From positions 4,570-68,569 of the forward strand of contig URSJ01000001.1 of assembly GCA_900550495.1 (NCBI GenBank): DNA of 64,000 nucleotides, read 5' to 3'. The stretch is from an uncultured Rickettsiales bacterium (GTDB lineage Bacteria; Pseudomonadota; Alphaproteobacteria; Rs-D84). Shown one piece after another: positions 1-10,610 of this stretch; the first letter of the stretch is position 1; each line of letters starts with the position of its first letter. Both the position numbers and the translations under genes were made by a program. Under the pieces are notes generated by a model, which was not told where the DNA came from, made no database searches, and was given only the letters and a program-made list of their open reading frames with translations.

Positions 1-1
1 T

Positions 2-706
2 CCTCATCCGAATCCTGTACATGCTTATGGAACAACATATGGCGCTCATAGAGAATTTTTAGAATTCACCGTTGAACAGCATAGAGAGTTAAAAAAATAT
101 TGTGAAGAATGCGGGCTCGTTTATTCCTCGTCTGTATGGGATATTATTGCAGCACAAGAGATTGTTTGTATGCAACCGGAACTAATAAAAGTTCCTTCCG
201 CATGCAATACTGACATAGAAATGCTTGAATATTTGTGCCGTAATTTTAAAGGAGATATACACGTATCTTTGGGGATGACCAGATTACAAGAAGAACGTGA
301 TTTGATAGAAGTGTTTTGTAAAAACAATCGATTGGGTAGCTTGGTGCTTTATTCTTGCACGTCTGGCTATCCTGTTCCTGCGGAAGATATTTGCCTTTTG
401 GAAATACAAAGATTAAAGCGTTTATATGGAAATGATGTTAAAGGTATAGGTTTTTCTGGACATCATTTGGGAACGGCAATAGATATTGCGGCGATGACGT
501 TGGGGGCGCAATATATCGAAAGACATTTTACATTGGACAAAACATGGAAGGGAACAGATCATGTGGCAAGTCTTGAACCGCATGAATTACAAAAAATGAT
601 GCAAGATTTAGAAACTGTAAATAGTGCATTAAAATTCAAAAAATGCGAAATCTTAGAAATAGAGAAAGCGCAACGTAAAAAATTGAAAAGGAAAATATCA
701 GAATGA
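2..706 (+). CDS. NeuB-family nonulosonic (sialic/pseudaminic/legionaminic) acid synthase, 5'-truncated at window edge
   Basis: The reading frame is open from base 2 with no stop codon. The C-terminal region contains GIGFSGHHLGTAIDIAAMTLGAQYIERHFTLDK, typical of the NeuB/PseI family His-containing metal site. Confidence 0.55.
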   Translation, partial: PHPNPVHAYGTTYGAHREFLEFTVEQHRELKKYCEECGLVYSSSVWDIIAAQEIVCMQPELIKVPSACNTDIEMLEYLCRNFKGDIHVSLGMTRLQEERDLIEVFCKNNRLGSLVLYSCTSGYPVPAEDICLLEIQRLKRLYGNDVKGIGFSGHHLGTAIDIAAMTLGAQYIERHFTLDKTWKGTDHVASLEPHELQKMMQDLETVNSALKFKKCEILEIEKAQRKKLKRKISE

Positions 707-1704
707 ATATCGCATTTATCCCGGTAAGGGGCGGTTCTAAGTCAATACCTTTAAAAAATATAAAAATAATTGCTGGAAAACCTTTGGTGTTTTGGGTTGC
801 GGATGCGGCAAATAAAGCTAATTTTATAGATGAAGTGGTTGTCGCGACAGATGATGACAGGATAAAGACCGTTGTAGGCTCGATGAATTTACCAAAAGTA
901 TGTGTGTTTGAGCGTGATGCAGAGAATGCAACCGATACTGCCAGCACAGAAAGTGTTATGTTGGAATTTATAAGTAAGTCGAATTTGAATCCTGATGATA
1001 ATATATTCCTTATTCAGGCGACGTCCCCCTTGCTAAAGGCGGATATGATAGATGATATGTTTCAAAAATTTATTCAGTCAGGTAAGGATTCTGCCTTATC
1101 TGCTGTACGAAATAAAAGATTTTTTTGGAATGAAGAGGGCGTTGCTTTGAATTACGATGTCAATCATCGTCCACGCAGACAGGATTTTTCAGGCTGTTTA
1201 ATGGAAAATGGTGCGGTGTATATAAATTCTGTAAAAAACATATTCAGCTCTAAATGTCGTCTGTCGGGAAACATATTCATATACGAAATGCCGGAAAGGA
1301 TGGGGTTAGAACTAGACGAACCAATTGACTGGATTGTTGTGGAGCAGTTGCTAGCGGCTTCACAAACAAAAAAATTAGTGACTAATAAAACATTTTGCTT
1401 TGATATAGATGGTGTTATTGGTGAAAAATCAGATATTAAAGATATGGATGGTTCTTATGTTAATAATACTGCAAATAAAGAAATAATACGGATTTGTAAT
1501 AAGTTATACGCTAATGGAAATAAAATTGTACTATATACAGCACGTGGCAGTGGCAGCGGAATTGATTGGAGTGAGATGACAAAAAAACAACTGGACTCAT
1601 GGGGGCTAAAATACCATGAGCTACACTTTGGAAAACCGGCTGCGGACTTTTATATTGACGATAAAATGTTGGCGTTATCGCAACTAGGTTGTCTGTTTGA
1701 ATAG
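703..1704 (+). CDS. acylneuraminate cytidylyltransferase (CMP-NeuAc synthetase family) with C-terminal HAD-like domain
   Basis: The N-terminus IAFIPVRGGSKSIPLKNIK is a cytidylyltransferase P-loop. The C-terminus has FCFDIDGVI, a HAD motif I (DxD). It overlaps the upstream synthase by 4 nt, consistent with an operon. Confidence 0.6.
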   Translation: MNIAFIPVRGGSKSIPLKNIKIIAGKPLVFWVADAANKANFIDEVVVATDDDRIKTVVGSMNLPKVCVFERDAENATDTASTESVMLEFISKSNLNPDDNIFLIQATSPLLKADMIDDMFQKFIQSGKDSALSAVRNKRFFWNEEGVALNYDVNHRPRRQDFSGCLMENGAVYINSVKNIFSSKCRLSGNIFIYEMPERMGLELDEPIDWIVVEQLLAASQTKKLVTNKTFCFDIDGVIGEKSDIKDMDGSYVNNTANKEIIRICNKLYANGNKIVLYTARGSGSGIDWSEMTKKQLDSWGLKYHELHFGKPAADFYIDDKMLALSQLGCLFE

Positions 1705-2205
1705 TTTTTCCATATTTAAATAGTTCTTTATCATATCAAGCCCAGGGGTGATGGAAGGTATAAAAGTACCGTCTTTTTGCATTGCTGATATTTCATCTAA
1801 TGATACCCATTTGGCACTTTGCACTTCAGTTGGCTGCAGCACTAACTCAGACAGCAGTGTATCGTCATAAACAAGCCATACATCAACAAAATCAAAAGGG
1901 CGTTTGAATGTGCCAATCCAAATAGATTTATTTATGTCTGGGGATATTCCCAGTTCTTCTATAGATTCACGAACGCAGCAGTCCCAACTGCTTTCGCCGG
2001 ATTGAGCGCCACCACCGGTTTGTCCCCACATGTTGGGAAATTTCTTGGCGGAAGCCACGCGCTGCTGCAACAGGAATTTTTCTTCGGAATTCATAAACCA
2101 AACGTGTACAGAAAGCTTGTTCTCGCCCGTTTGTAGCGGCGCCCTTCGTTCTGCAGTTCGAACAAATTGTCTTGCGTTATTATATAAATCAATCACCTCT
2201 GGCAT
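1684..2205 (-). CDS. NUDIX hydrolase
   Basis: Nudix box GGGAQSGESSWDCCVRESIEELGI. Confidence 0.5.
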   Translation of the reverse strand: MPEVIDLYNNARQFVRTAERRAPLQTGENKLSVHVWFMNSEEKFLLQQRVASAKKFPNMWGQTGGGAQSGESSWDCCVRESIEELGISPDINKSIWIGTFKRPFDFVDVWLVYDDTLLSELVLQPTEVQSAKWVSLDEISAMQKDGTFIPSITPGLDMIKNYLNMEKLFKQTT

Positions 2206-2664
2206 TTATTTACCTCTTTGTAGATATTGAAACATTTCGTACTTCTTTAGACACTGTTGCACCGCGATTCTCTCTCCATCGTCTTCTGTCATATGAAGTA
2301 TTATGTCAAATACGTATGGATATACAATTTTAGAATACTTTGCGCGGATAGCCTCTTTTAATTGTTCCGCCTGCATAAACGTAAATCTGCGCTTGCGGGG
2401 CACATACTCTTTTGTTGGATTGTGTATATTTATCTCAAAAAATACAATGTTATTACTTGGAAATTTGGACATTGCTTCTAACTTTGCACTTATTCTATGT
2501 TCTGGAATAGTATCGAATTTATAAATGTCCCTAACAAATTCGGGATAGCGTTTACCCAGGTTATAATAACGCAAAGTGATTATATCATACGACTGCTGTA
2601 TATCAGATAATATCGCATCTGAATGTTGATATGCCGCATTCCAAATAATTCCTGAAAAAATCAT
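2206..2664 (-). CDS. hypothetical protein (glycan island)
   Basis: A long ORF tightly packed with its neighbours. No motif recognised. Confidence 0.3.
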   Translation of the reverse strand: MIFSGIIWNAAYQHSDAILSDIQQSYDIITLRYYNLGKRYPEFVRDIYKFDTIPEHRISAKLEAMSKFPSNNIVFFEINIHNPTKEYVPRKRRFTFMQAEQLKEAIRAKYSKIVYPYVFDIILHMTEDDGERIAVQQCLKKYEMFQYLQRGK

Positions 2665-2666
2665 AT

Positions 2667-4154
2667 TTAGCTCATTGTGTTTTGTGATTTTGATATAATT
2701 TGGTCCACCGTGGTCAATATATCATCAATATTTACGGGTGTCCATATTTCTTTATGTATATTGCGCGGTTGTATCAGTTTGCTTGATTTAATGGTTTTAT
2801 ATAATTCATTTGGTTTTTGTATATAATGTACCCCGTTTCGGGTGCCTAAAATCGCACGTGTTTGTTCGGCACCATATAAGTTGTCGATGATAAACGTTGG
2901 AATTCCAAAGCGCAAACCCTCATATAAGACTGTGCTGTAAACGCCAACTTGACACATTGCATTGCTTAGATAGAAGTAGATATCTTTATCATTGGTTCCG
3001 ACGACGGTTATATTAGGGTGCTGTAAATCTGAATAATCGGCTTCTTTTTCGTATGGATGTTTTTTATAGGTTATTTGAAAATCGTCGTCTGGCTGTAGCA
3101 AATCAGCCAGATCTTTAGCAAATTTTCGTAACTCTTTGTTTAGAGTTCCTTGTGATACAATAAGGATCTGTGATTTCTTTTTGTTAGTTGTCAGTTTGTC
3201 TTGATATTCTACAAGTTTATTATCTAAAAACATATATCCTGTTGGAATTACATGTTGCGATACGTGTTTAAAAGGCAAAAATTTTTGGTCGAATAATGCG
3301 TCGCCGAACGTGAATATATAGTTCGGTAAAGGGGTATAGTTTCCCTTATGTTTGAATTTATAGAACAGATTTTCGGCGGCATAAACCCCATGTTGCATTT
3401 CTATGACGGGAATATTACGCTCGTTGGCAATATATGTCATTATGTTTCTAAAAGTTCCAGGACAATAAAATTCGATTAGTAAGTTAGGGGCAATTCGGTC
3501 GAATATGCGTTCATATTTTTTGAACATAATAGTTATATATAATAATAAATCCAACAAGATAGCATGATAACTAGATATAGATACGCCAAAAAACTTATCA
3601 ATTTTGTTCAATAAGTCATCCAACATATTGGATGCGTGAATAAAAATTGGTTTTCTGAATTTTTTTACAAAAAACTTTTTAACTATAAATGTTATGTCAA
3701 ATAAGTCTGTATAGAATAAGTCATTATAAGGGGTTGGACGAAAATGCGCCGTTTTTGAACCGATATATTCAGCCCAATACGGTTCTTCCAGGGCAATGGT
3801 AGAATAATGATTACCAAGGGCTTTTTTAATAAAATCGGTATATATACAGTAATATTTATCATCTGGCTGTTTTATGCGTCGCGGATGGGGGATAAATAAT
3901 ATGTCGGCTTTTTTGATTTTTGTACTGCGTGCATAATAAAAAATAGCTTTCAGTGCGTTTGAATAAAAATTATTTCTCATCATGCTTTTTACGGGCAGGT
4001 CAATTTTACTACATGAAGTGGTCAAAAAAGTATACACCCAGCAACGTATAAACCCCCATATTTTAATTCCGTTTAATTCTAAATCAAACAGCTGATTTTG
4101 ATACTCAAAATCTAAAAAAGATTCGACCAAATTTTTCGAATTTATTCTTTGCAT
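2667..4154 (-). CDS. hypothetical protein, possible capsule/glycan biosynthesis transferase
   Basis: A 495 aa ORF in the same block as the neuA/neuB-like genes. The assignment is by context only. Confidence 0.35.
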   Translation of the reverse strand: MQRINSKNLVESFLDFEYQNQLFDLELNGIKIWGFIRCWVYTFLTTSCSKIDLPVKSMMRNNFYSNALKAIFYYARSTKIKKADILFIPHPRRIKQPDDKYYCIYTDFIKKALGNHYSTIALEEPYWAEYIGSKTAHFRPTPYNDLFYTDLFDITFIVKKFFVKKFRKPIFIHASNMLDDLLNKIDKFFGVSISSYHAILLDLLLYITIMFKKYERIFDRIAPNLLIEFYCPGTFRNIMTYIANERNIPVIEMQHGVYAAENLFYKFKHKGNYTPLPNYIFTFGDALFDQKFLPFKHVSQHVIPTGYMFLDNKLVEYQDKLTTNKKKSQILIVSQGTLNKELRKFAKDLADLLQPDDDFQITYKKHPYEKEADYSDLQHPNITVVGTNDKDIYFYLSNAMCQVGVYSTVLYEGLRFGIPTFIIDNLYGAEQTRAILGTRNGVHYIQKPNELYKTIKSSKLIQPRNIHKEIWTPVNIDDILTTVDQIISKSQNTMS

Positions 4155-4657
4155 CTTTTTAGGACCTCTTCGTACTTAGCCATAATATAAGGAATAAAAT
4201 GGCAAAGCCTATTTTGATTAAACCAATTTATAGAATAATCAACAGAGAAATCTTCATCATATACAACCGCTGGAATTTTAGGGATGTCGTTATAAAGCGA
4301 TAAAGCCATTCGGTGTGAGCCGTCTAATAACTCTTTGCTTTTATTTAATATTATTGGGTGGTCGGTGTTATATCCATTCTCAAAACTTGTTATTAAATCA
4401 CAAAACTTATCTTTATAGTCGATTTGGTGTTTGGGCATAAATTGATTAGTGCGCGATCTGGCGTGTTGCATCTCTGTGTACAGATTAAACCCAAAGTCAT
4501 TTTTATTGTAAAAATCGTCAATGGCAAGCATTCGCACCAGAATATCGGCTCGATTTATATTATCGTGCATAAAATGCATAAAGGCCCATTTGGTGTTTAA
4601 AACGATAGAGGCAAGAATAATGGGATTTTTTCTCATTAACATATATCCGTTTAACAT
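4142..4657 (-). CDS. hypothetical protein
   Basis: A 171 aa ORF that overlaps the upstream gene by 13 nt. Confidence 0.3.
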   Translation of the reverse strand: MLNGYMLMRKNPIILASIVLNTKWAFMHFMHDNINRADILVRMLAIDDFYNKNDFGFNLYTEMQHARSRTNQFMPKHQIDYKDKFCDLITSFENGYNTDHPIILNKSKELLDGSHRMALSLYNDIPKIPAVVYDEDFSVDYSINWFNQNRLCHFIPYIMAKYEEVLKRCKE

Positions 4658-4751
4658 AAATTATAGATAATAAATGTATAAAATCAATCAAATATAAAAT
4701 TTGACTTAGTATAATTTATAAAATAAAATAACTCTCCTACAGGAGTATTTT

Positions 4752-6038
4752 ATGGCCAAATTTGTTGCGGGTATAGATTTTGGAACAACTAATTCATCAG
4801 CTGCGATTTCTGATGGTGGCACGCCACGTATGGTTGATTTAGAAGGTGGACACGATACAATCCCGACAGCATTGTTTTTCCCAGATCGGTCATCTGCGGT
4901 TTATTTCGGCCGTGATGCACAACAAAAATATACAGATGGCGACCTTGACGGTCGTTTTATGCGCAGCATAAAGCGCATTTTGGGCAGTGACATAATGCGC
5001 GGCGGTACCATAATTAACGGTCGCCCCGTTAAGTTCGAGGCGATTATTGGACACTTTCTGCAACACCTTAAAAAGAAAATAGATGCCGCTGCCGGTGAAT
5101 CTGTTGAGGCGGTTGTTATGGGGCGCCCGGTTCACTTTCGTGATAATGACCCGGCCGGCGATGCTCGTGCCCAAGATGAACTGGAAAGAATAGCGCGCGC
5201 GGTGGGGTTCAAAGATGTTTCGTTTCAGTATGAACCGATTGCGGCTGCATTCGCGCATGAACAGGGGTTAAAATCAGAAAAATTAGCATTTGTCGCGGAT
5301 ATTGGTGGTGGTACATCGGACTTTACGGTTATTCGCCTGTCGCCGACGCGTGCGGTCAGTTCGGACCGAACGGATGACGTTTTGGCAAATACTGGTGTAC
5401 GCATCGGCGGAAATGATTTTGATAAAGCGCTAGCATTAAAAGCATTTATGCCATGTTTTGGAATGGGGACGGAATATAAAATATATGATAAAACGATTGC
5501 GTTACCGACCAAACCTTATTTCAGTCTGGCTACTTGGAGTCATGTGAACGAAGTTTATAATTACAAAACACTGAATATGGTTCGTGGATACACCGTATGG
5601 GGATTAGAACGGGAAAAGGTTAAACGCTTATATGAAATAATTGAAAAGCGTCTGGGGCATAAAAATCTGGATTATGTGGAACTGGCAAAAATGACCTTGT
5701 CGGGCCAATCAGCGGTTCGTATGCGTTTGGACTTTTTGTCGGATGCGCCGACAATAGATACCACACGTGATGTGTTTGAGGCCGCAATCCAACCAGACAT
5801 GAAAAAGATAGAAGCGGCGGTTCAGGAATGTATTGCACGCGCGGGTATAAAAAACACAGATATAGAATTGGTTATTCTGACGGGTGGCTCAACGGAAATA
5901 CCGTACGTCAGCCGTGTTATGCAGTCGAATTTCCCAAATGCTGAAATTTCTGCATCAAATAAAATGGCCAGTGTCGGACTGGGACTGGCGTACGACAGTA
6001 TGCGTCGCTATTTACAGCAAAACATACGGCAAAAATAA
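4752..6038 (+). CDS. Hsp70-family actin-like ATPase (YegD-like, nucleotide-binding domain only)
   Basis: AGIDFGTTNSSAA phosphate-1 motif and DIGGGTSDF phosphate-2 motif. At 428 aa it is too short for DnaK. Confidence 0.6.
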   Translation: MAKFVAGIDFGTTNSSAAISDGGTPRMVDLEGGHDTIPTALFFPDRSSAVYFGRDAQQKYTDGDLDGRFMRSIKRILGSDIMRGGTIINGRPVKFEAIIGHFLQHLKKKIDAAAGESVEAVVMGRPVHFRDNDPAGDARAQDELERIARAVGFKDVSFQYEPIAAAFAHEQGLKSEKLAFVADIGGGTSDFTVIRLSPTRAVSSDRTDDVLANTGVRIGGNDFDKALALKAFMPCFGMGTEYKIYDKTIALPTKPYFSLATWSHVNEVYNYKTLNMVRGYTVWGLEREKVKRLYEIIEKRLGHKNLDYVELAKMTLSGQSAVRMRLDFLSDAPTIDTTRDVFEAAIQPDMKKIEAAVQECIARAGIKNTDIELVILTGGSTEIPYVSRVMQSNFPNAEISASNKMASVGLGLAYDSMRRYLQQNIRQK

Positions 6039-6330
6039 ACGGTTTTAGTACTTGTATGGTTGGTCTATATACCTTGGTGGGGGGCGGGGTGTGCTGATAA
6101 AATCCCTGTTTTGCGAATATAATTCCCTGTTATTTATATTGCCTTGTTTTGTGTAAATTGGCGGAATTTGGCGATGTGATACAATCTGTGATTGAATAAT
6201 TGGCGGTGCCCGGGTGTGCAAATTACAAAAAATCCCTGTTAATCCCTGTATTTTGTTGTATGGCGTTTGCCGTAGAATATTGGTACACCGCCAGGAATAA
6301 CTTATGAAATTACTTAAATTTTTAATATAA

Positions 6331-6362
6331 AACCGCTGCCGGGCCAGCGGTTTTCTTTTTCT
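6331..6362 (+). terminator. rho-independent terminator
   Basis: Hairpin ccgctg/cagcgg followed by a T-run. Confidence 0.5.
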
Positions 6363-6600
6363 GTCTTATGAGGTATCTATGGGCGACAAACTGGCGAAAT
6401 ATTGGCTTTTGTGCGGCTAAAAATATCGTAGCAAAACACTTTATATAAAAAGAAGGAACTCACACACATAACCAAAATTTTCCGCCTTTTGAATATCTTT
6501 TGATCCGCCAGCATGTTCCCCTAAGGTTTTAGGAGATTTTTTCATTTTATCTTTACTTTGACCAGGGCATTTTATTAACATAAATAAAAAAGGATAAACT

Positions 6601-7203
6601 ATGGAATACCTGGATATTTATGATGAATATATGAATAAAACAGGGACTGAAAGTCGCGAAACAGTTCATAAAAATGGCATATGGCATAAAACTGTGCATT
6701 GTTGGATGTATGATGATGATGGAAATGTATATTTTCAAATCAGGGCTGATTCTGGGAAATTATATACAACTGCGTCTGGACATATTTTGGCTGGTGAGAG
6801 TGTACGCGATGCTTTTCAACGCGAAATCAAAGAAGAAATTGGAGTCGATACAGATGTGACAAATGCTGTTCCAATCGAAATTGTATTTTGGCGACAAGAC
6901 AAGCCAGAAAAACAATGGCATGACCGGGCTTTTGCTCATGTTTATGCGAACAAACTGCCGATTGGGTTTACTAATTTTCATTTGCAGCCCGAAGAAGTTA
7001 GTGGGGTCGTGCGCGTAAATGCAAAAAATTGTCTGGATTTATTAATGGATAAAAAAACATCTGTGCACGCAACAAAAATCACAGCAGACAAGATGATTGA
7101 AACAGATATTGTAAAAAACGATTTTCTGGTTGCGCCTGACGAAACCCCCATCATCAAATACGGTTTTGTATTACAAAGAATTATTCAGCACTTGCACATT
7201 TAA
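6601..7203 (+). CDS. NUDIX hydrolase
   Basis: Nudix box GHILAGESVRDAFQREIKEEIGV. A terminator hairpin follows at 7282-7306. Confidence 0.55.
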   Translation: MEYLDIYDEYMNKTGTESRETVHKNGIWHKTVHCWMYDDDGNVYFQIRADSGKLYTTASGHILAGESVRDAFQREIKEEIGVDTDVTNAVPIEIVFWRQDKPEKQWHDRAFAHVYANKLPIGFTNFHLQPEEVSGVVRVNAKNCLDLLMDKKTSVHATKITADKMIETDIVKNDFLVAPDETPIIKYGFVLQRIIQHLHI

Positions 7204-7281
7204 GTATGGGAAAGTTTGCAACAGAACACTAGCCCGCCAGGAATCTGATATGTTTTTGTAATATAGACATATCGTTCGCAG

Positions 7282-7306
7282 GGCCCCGATAAACCGGGGC
7301 TTTTTT
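7282..7306 (+). terminator. rho-independent terminator
   Basis: Hairpin gggccccgataaaccggggc followed by tttttt. Confidence 0.55.
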
Positions 7307-7900
7307 GATGCAACTCACCCACGGTATAACGGTATTTTTCAAAAATCTGCAATTAAACATGGCTTTCTATACTTTGGCCTTTTTCGGCCTGGCAGTGGTT
7401 TTGGGGTTAAATCTGATTTTTCGGTGCAATGGCAAACAGTTCGTCCATACTATATGACTCTTTGCCGGACAGAATATTGTTCACTTTTTCTGGGTGCATA
7501 TAGTAGATTGCAGAGCTGTCGTTGGCTTTTCGTATGCAGAACCATTACATTTGGAAAATTATGCGTGTAATATTAACGTATTTACTAAATCTTCGTCATG
7601 CAAAAAATGTGGATTAAATGAAGCGTTCCCGTATCTTGTACAATGTAAAGATGATTTTTCATGTATCAAAGATATAGATTATGTCGATTTATGTAATGCA
7701 ATTGAAGAACAATTAAATAAAAAAAACAAAAGCCGTGGAAACCGATGGAGTTATGCCAAAACCAACCCCAGCAAACGGTATAGACGATTATTTAAAACGA
7801 TTTGGTCGAATACCAGATAAAGAAATTTGTTGAAAATAAAAAATAATACGATTATCATTTCACAGACGCCTGGCTTTAATATAACCATGCAGGGTTTGAT

Positions 7901-9640
7901 ATGAACGTTTACAAATTAATTTCTGAAAAAATAAAAGACAAATTACAAACTGTACCTGAATTACAAACTGTTTTAGGGTCAAACAGTTGGAATAATATTG
8001 TTGTAGAAGTCCCGAAAAATCGTGATTTTGGCGATTTTTCCACAAATGTTGCCATGGTTTTATCTAGAGATTTAAAGAAAAATCCGCGTGAAATCGCAGA
8101 TTTGCTTTGTTCATATATCAAAGAAATCCCAGAAATAACGGAAGTTTCTGTTGCTGGCCCAGGTTTTATAAACATGAATGTTTCTGGCAAATTGTGGGAA
8201 AACTTATTAAAAACTATCTTAACAAATCCGCAAGAATATGGGAATTCTGACATAGGCAACAACGAAAAAATTAATGTTGAATTTTTGTCTGCTAATCCGA
8301 CTGGACCGGTGCATATTGGTCATGCCAGGGGTGCAATTTTAGGTGATATTTTGGCGAGATTGTTGAAGAAAAATGGGTTTGATGTTACCAAAGAATACTA
8401 TATAAATGATTACGGACATCAGGTTGATGTTTTGGCGCATTCTGTATTTTGGCGCTATCAAGAACTGTTTGGGTTGCACGATGGTGAATCTTTACCCGAA
8501 GGCGCATATCCTGGGGATTACTTAATTCCTGTTGCCAAAGATATAAAAGACAAAGATGGCGATAAATGGTTATCTGCAACCGAAGATGAATATGTCCCGT
8601 ATTTCAAAAAGATTGCTTCCGCTGCGATGATGGTTTTAATCAAAGACAGTTTACGCAAGATAGGAATTGAATTTGATGTGTTTACATCTGAACGCGAATT
8701 AGTAGAATCTCAGCAGGTCGCAAAAACTTTAGATTATATGCAAAGTCAGGGCCTGTTATACAAAGGAACATTACCAAAGCCTTTAGGTGAAGCCGATGAA
8801 GATTGGGTGCCAACAGAACAATTATTATTTAAATCTACACAATTTGGTGACGATTCAGATCGCGTGATTGCTCGTTCAAATGGTGAAACTACTTATTTTG
8901 CTTCTGACATTGCATATCATCTAAATAAATTTAATCGTGGTTTCAAAAAACAAATTAATGTGTGGGGTGCGGATCATGGTGGATATGTTAAACGTATTAA
9001 AGCCGCATTAGGGGCTGTCACAAACAACAAAGCAACTTTGGATGTTGTGTTGTGTCAAATTGTTAATTTGGAAAAAGATGGCAAACCGTTTAAAATGTCT
9101 AAACGTGCTGGCAATTTCGTGATGATAGAAGATGTCCTGGAAGAAATTGATGCGGATGTTTTAAGATTGTTTATGGTTATAAAAAGTCCTGATACTCAAA
9201 TGACTTTTGATTTAGAAAAAGCAAAAGAACAATCTAAAGACAATCCGGTGTATTATATGCAATATGCTTATGCTCGTGCATGTTCCGTATTGAAAAAGTA
9301 TGATACGATATTCCCGGGCAGCTTAGATACGTTATTACAAAAGCAATACGATTTTTTGTCAGCCAGTGATATTGAACGCAGACTTATAAAAATGCTAGGG
9401 GATTATCCAGCTGTTGTAGAAAGTGCTTGCAAAAACAATGCCCCTAATTTGTTAACAAAATATTTGGAAGAAGTGTCTGCTGCATTTCATTCTCTGTGGT
9501 CTTCTGGTGCCGGTGTTAAACTGATAAACGAAGAGGAAAAAACGTTAACAGATAACCATATGCTGATGGTTAACGCATTAAAGAATGTGATTGCAAACGG
9601 TTTGGAAACTCTTGGTTGTACTTTAAAGGAAAGTATGTGA
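7901..9640 (+). CDS. argS: arginine--tRNA ligase
   Basis: HIGH motif PTGPVHIGHARG and KMSK motif. Length 579 aa. Confidence 0.9.
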   Translation: MNVYKLISEKIKDKLQTVPELQTVLGSNSWNNIVVEVPKNRDFGDFSTNVAMVLSRDLKKNPREIADLLCSYIKEIPEITEVSVAGPGFINMNVSGKLWENLLKTILTNPQEYGNSDIGNNEKINVEFLSANPTGPVHIGHARGAILGDILARLLKKNGFDVTKEYYINDYGHQVDVLAHSVFWRYQELFGLHDGESLPEGAYPGDYLIPVAKDIKDKDGDKWLSATEDEYVPYFKKIASAAMMVLIKDSLRKIGIEFDVFTSERELVESQQVAKTLDYMQSQGLLYKGTLPKPLGEADEDWVPTEQLLFKSTQFGDDSDRVIARSNGETTYFASDIAYHLNKFNRGFKKQINVWGADHGGYVKRIKAALGAVTNNKATLDVVLCQIVNLEKDGKPFKMSKRAGNFVMIEDVLEEIDADVLRLFMVIKSPDTQMTFDLEKAKEQSKDNPVYYMQYAYARACSVLKKYDTIFPGSLDTLLQKQYDFLSASDIERRLIKMLGDYPAVVESACKNNAPNLLTKYLEEVSAAFHSLWSSGAGVKLINEEEKTLTDNHMLMVNALKNVIANGLETLGCTLKESM

Positions 9641-9652
9641 CGAATAACAAAA

Positions 9653-10256
9653 TTATTCTGTCACAACTTTGATAATTGTTTCAAAGGCCTCAGTCATTTT
9701 TGGCAGTACTTTGCCAAACCAGATATCCTTGTCTGAAAGTCCTTTGTAATCCCCTTCAGAATTGTGTATTTCATCAGATAATACAGATATTGAAACCACA
9801 GATGTTTTTCTATCTATTCCAAAAGCAAACAATGCGCTAGATTCCATATCTGTACCAATTGCTCCGTCACTTATTCTTCTTGCGATAATCAACATTTTTT
9901 ATCACAGGAAAATCATATCCATAACAAGCATCCATCACAATAGAATCAAATGCAGGAGAACAATCAAAATATTCTTTTTCATCACAATTCGTAAGTTTGC
10001 CTATGATTAAACCACGAACGTTATTAAACATCCCGGCAATTCGCATAGATTGCAGAATCATGTTTATCTTGTTCAATTCTGTATCTATTGCTTCCAAAAA
10101 CAATATAATGTCTCTGTTATAAGGGAAATAAGGTGTCCGATATGTGTTATGTACCGTTTCTAACCATCCACCAACAGCGACACCAGATGCACAGCCTGGA
10201 CGTAAAATATCAATTTCAGAATACTGTGGTAACAAAATTTCATCATATGGATTCAA
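9653..10256 (-). pseudogene. MTA/SAH-nucleosidase (PNP_UDP family) gene, frameshifted
   Basis: Two overlapping minus-strand ORFs lie in different frames. The N-terminal part has NNVRGLIIGKL (compare MTAN NAVRGLIVSGD). The C-terminal part has AIGTDMESSALFAFG...SVVSISVLSDE (compare AVEMEATAIAHV...RAISD). The frame breaks near 9867-9895. Confidence 0.4.
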
Positions 10257-10610
10257 AATATTACAAAAATGTTTTATGTTTCGTTCTTTTTGTGCGGAAT
10301 TTGGTGCACCAAAACAGTTTATTACATCAACACCGTGTATTGTTTTTATACCTGTTTTAGCGATGGGGTGGTTTTGATTGATTTTTTAGGTAAATTATGA
10401 TACAATTTAGTCTGTTAAATTCCATTAAACGGGCGGTGTTTTTACCGGCCGTTTTTATTTTGTCCCACGGGGGTATCCACAAAGATTTACAATTTTTATG
10501 TGGGCCGATGGGTGGGATTTTATAAATTTACCAAATTTTTATGCAATCTGTCGCAACCAAATAATTACTGGGGCGAGGGGGGGTATTTGGTACAGAAAAG
10601 GGTTGGCAAT

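Noticed and set aside
7494-7820. A 108 aa Cys-rich ORF between the NUDIX gene and argS.
   Set aside because: No RBS or motif. It lies in a 700 bp AT-rich intergenic region, and there is too little evidence to call a gene.
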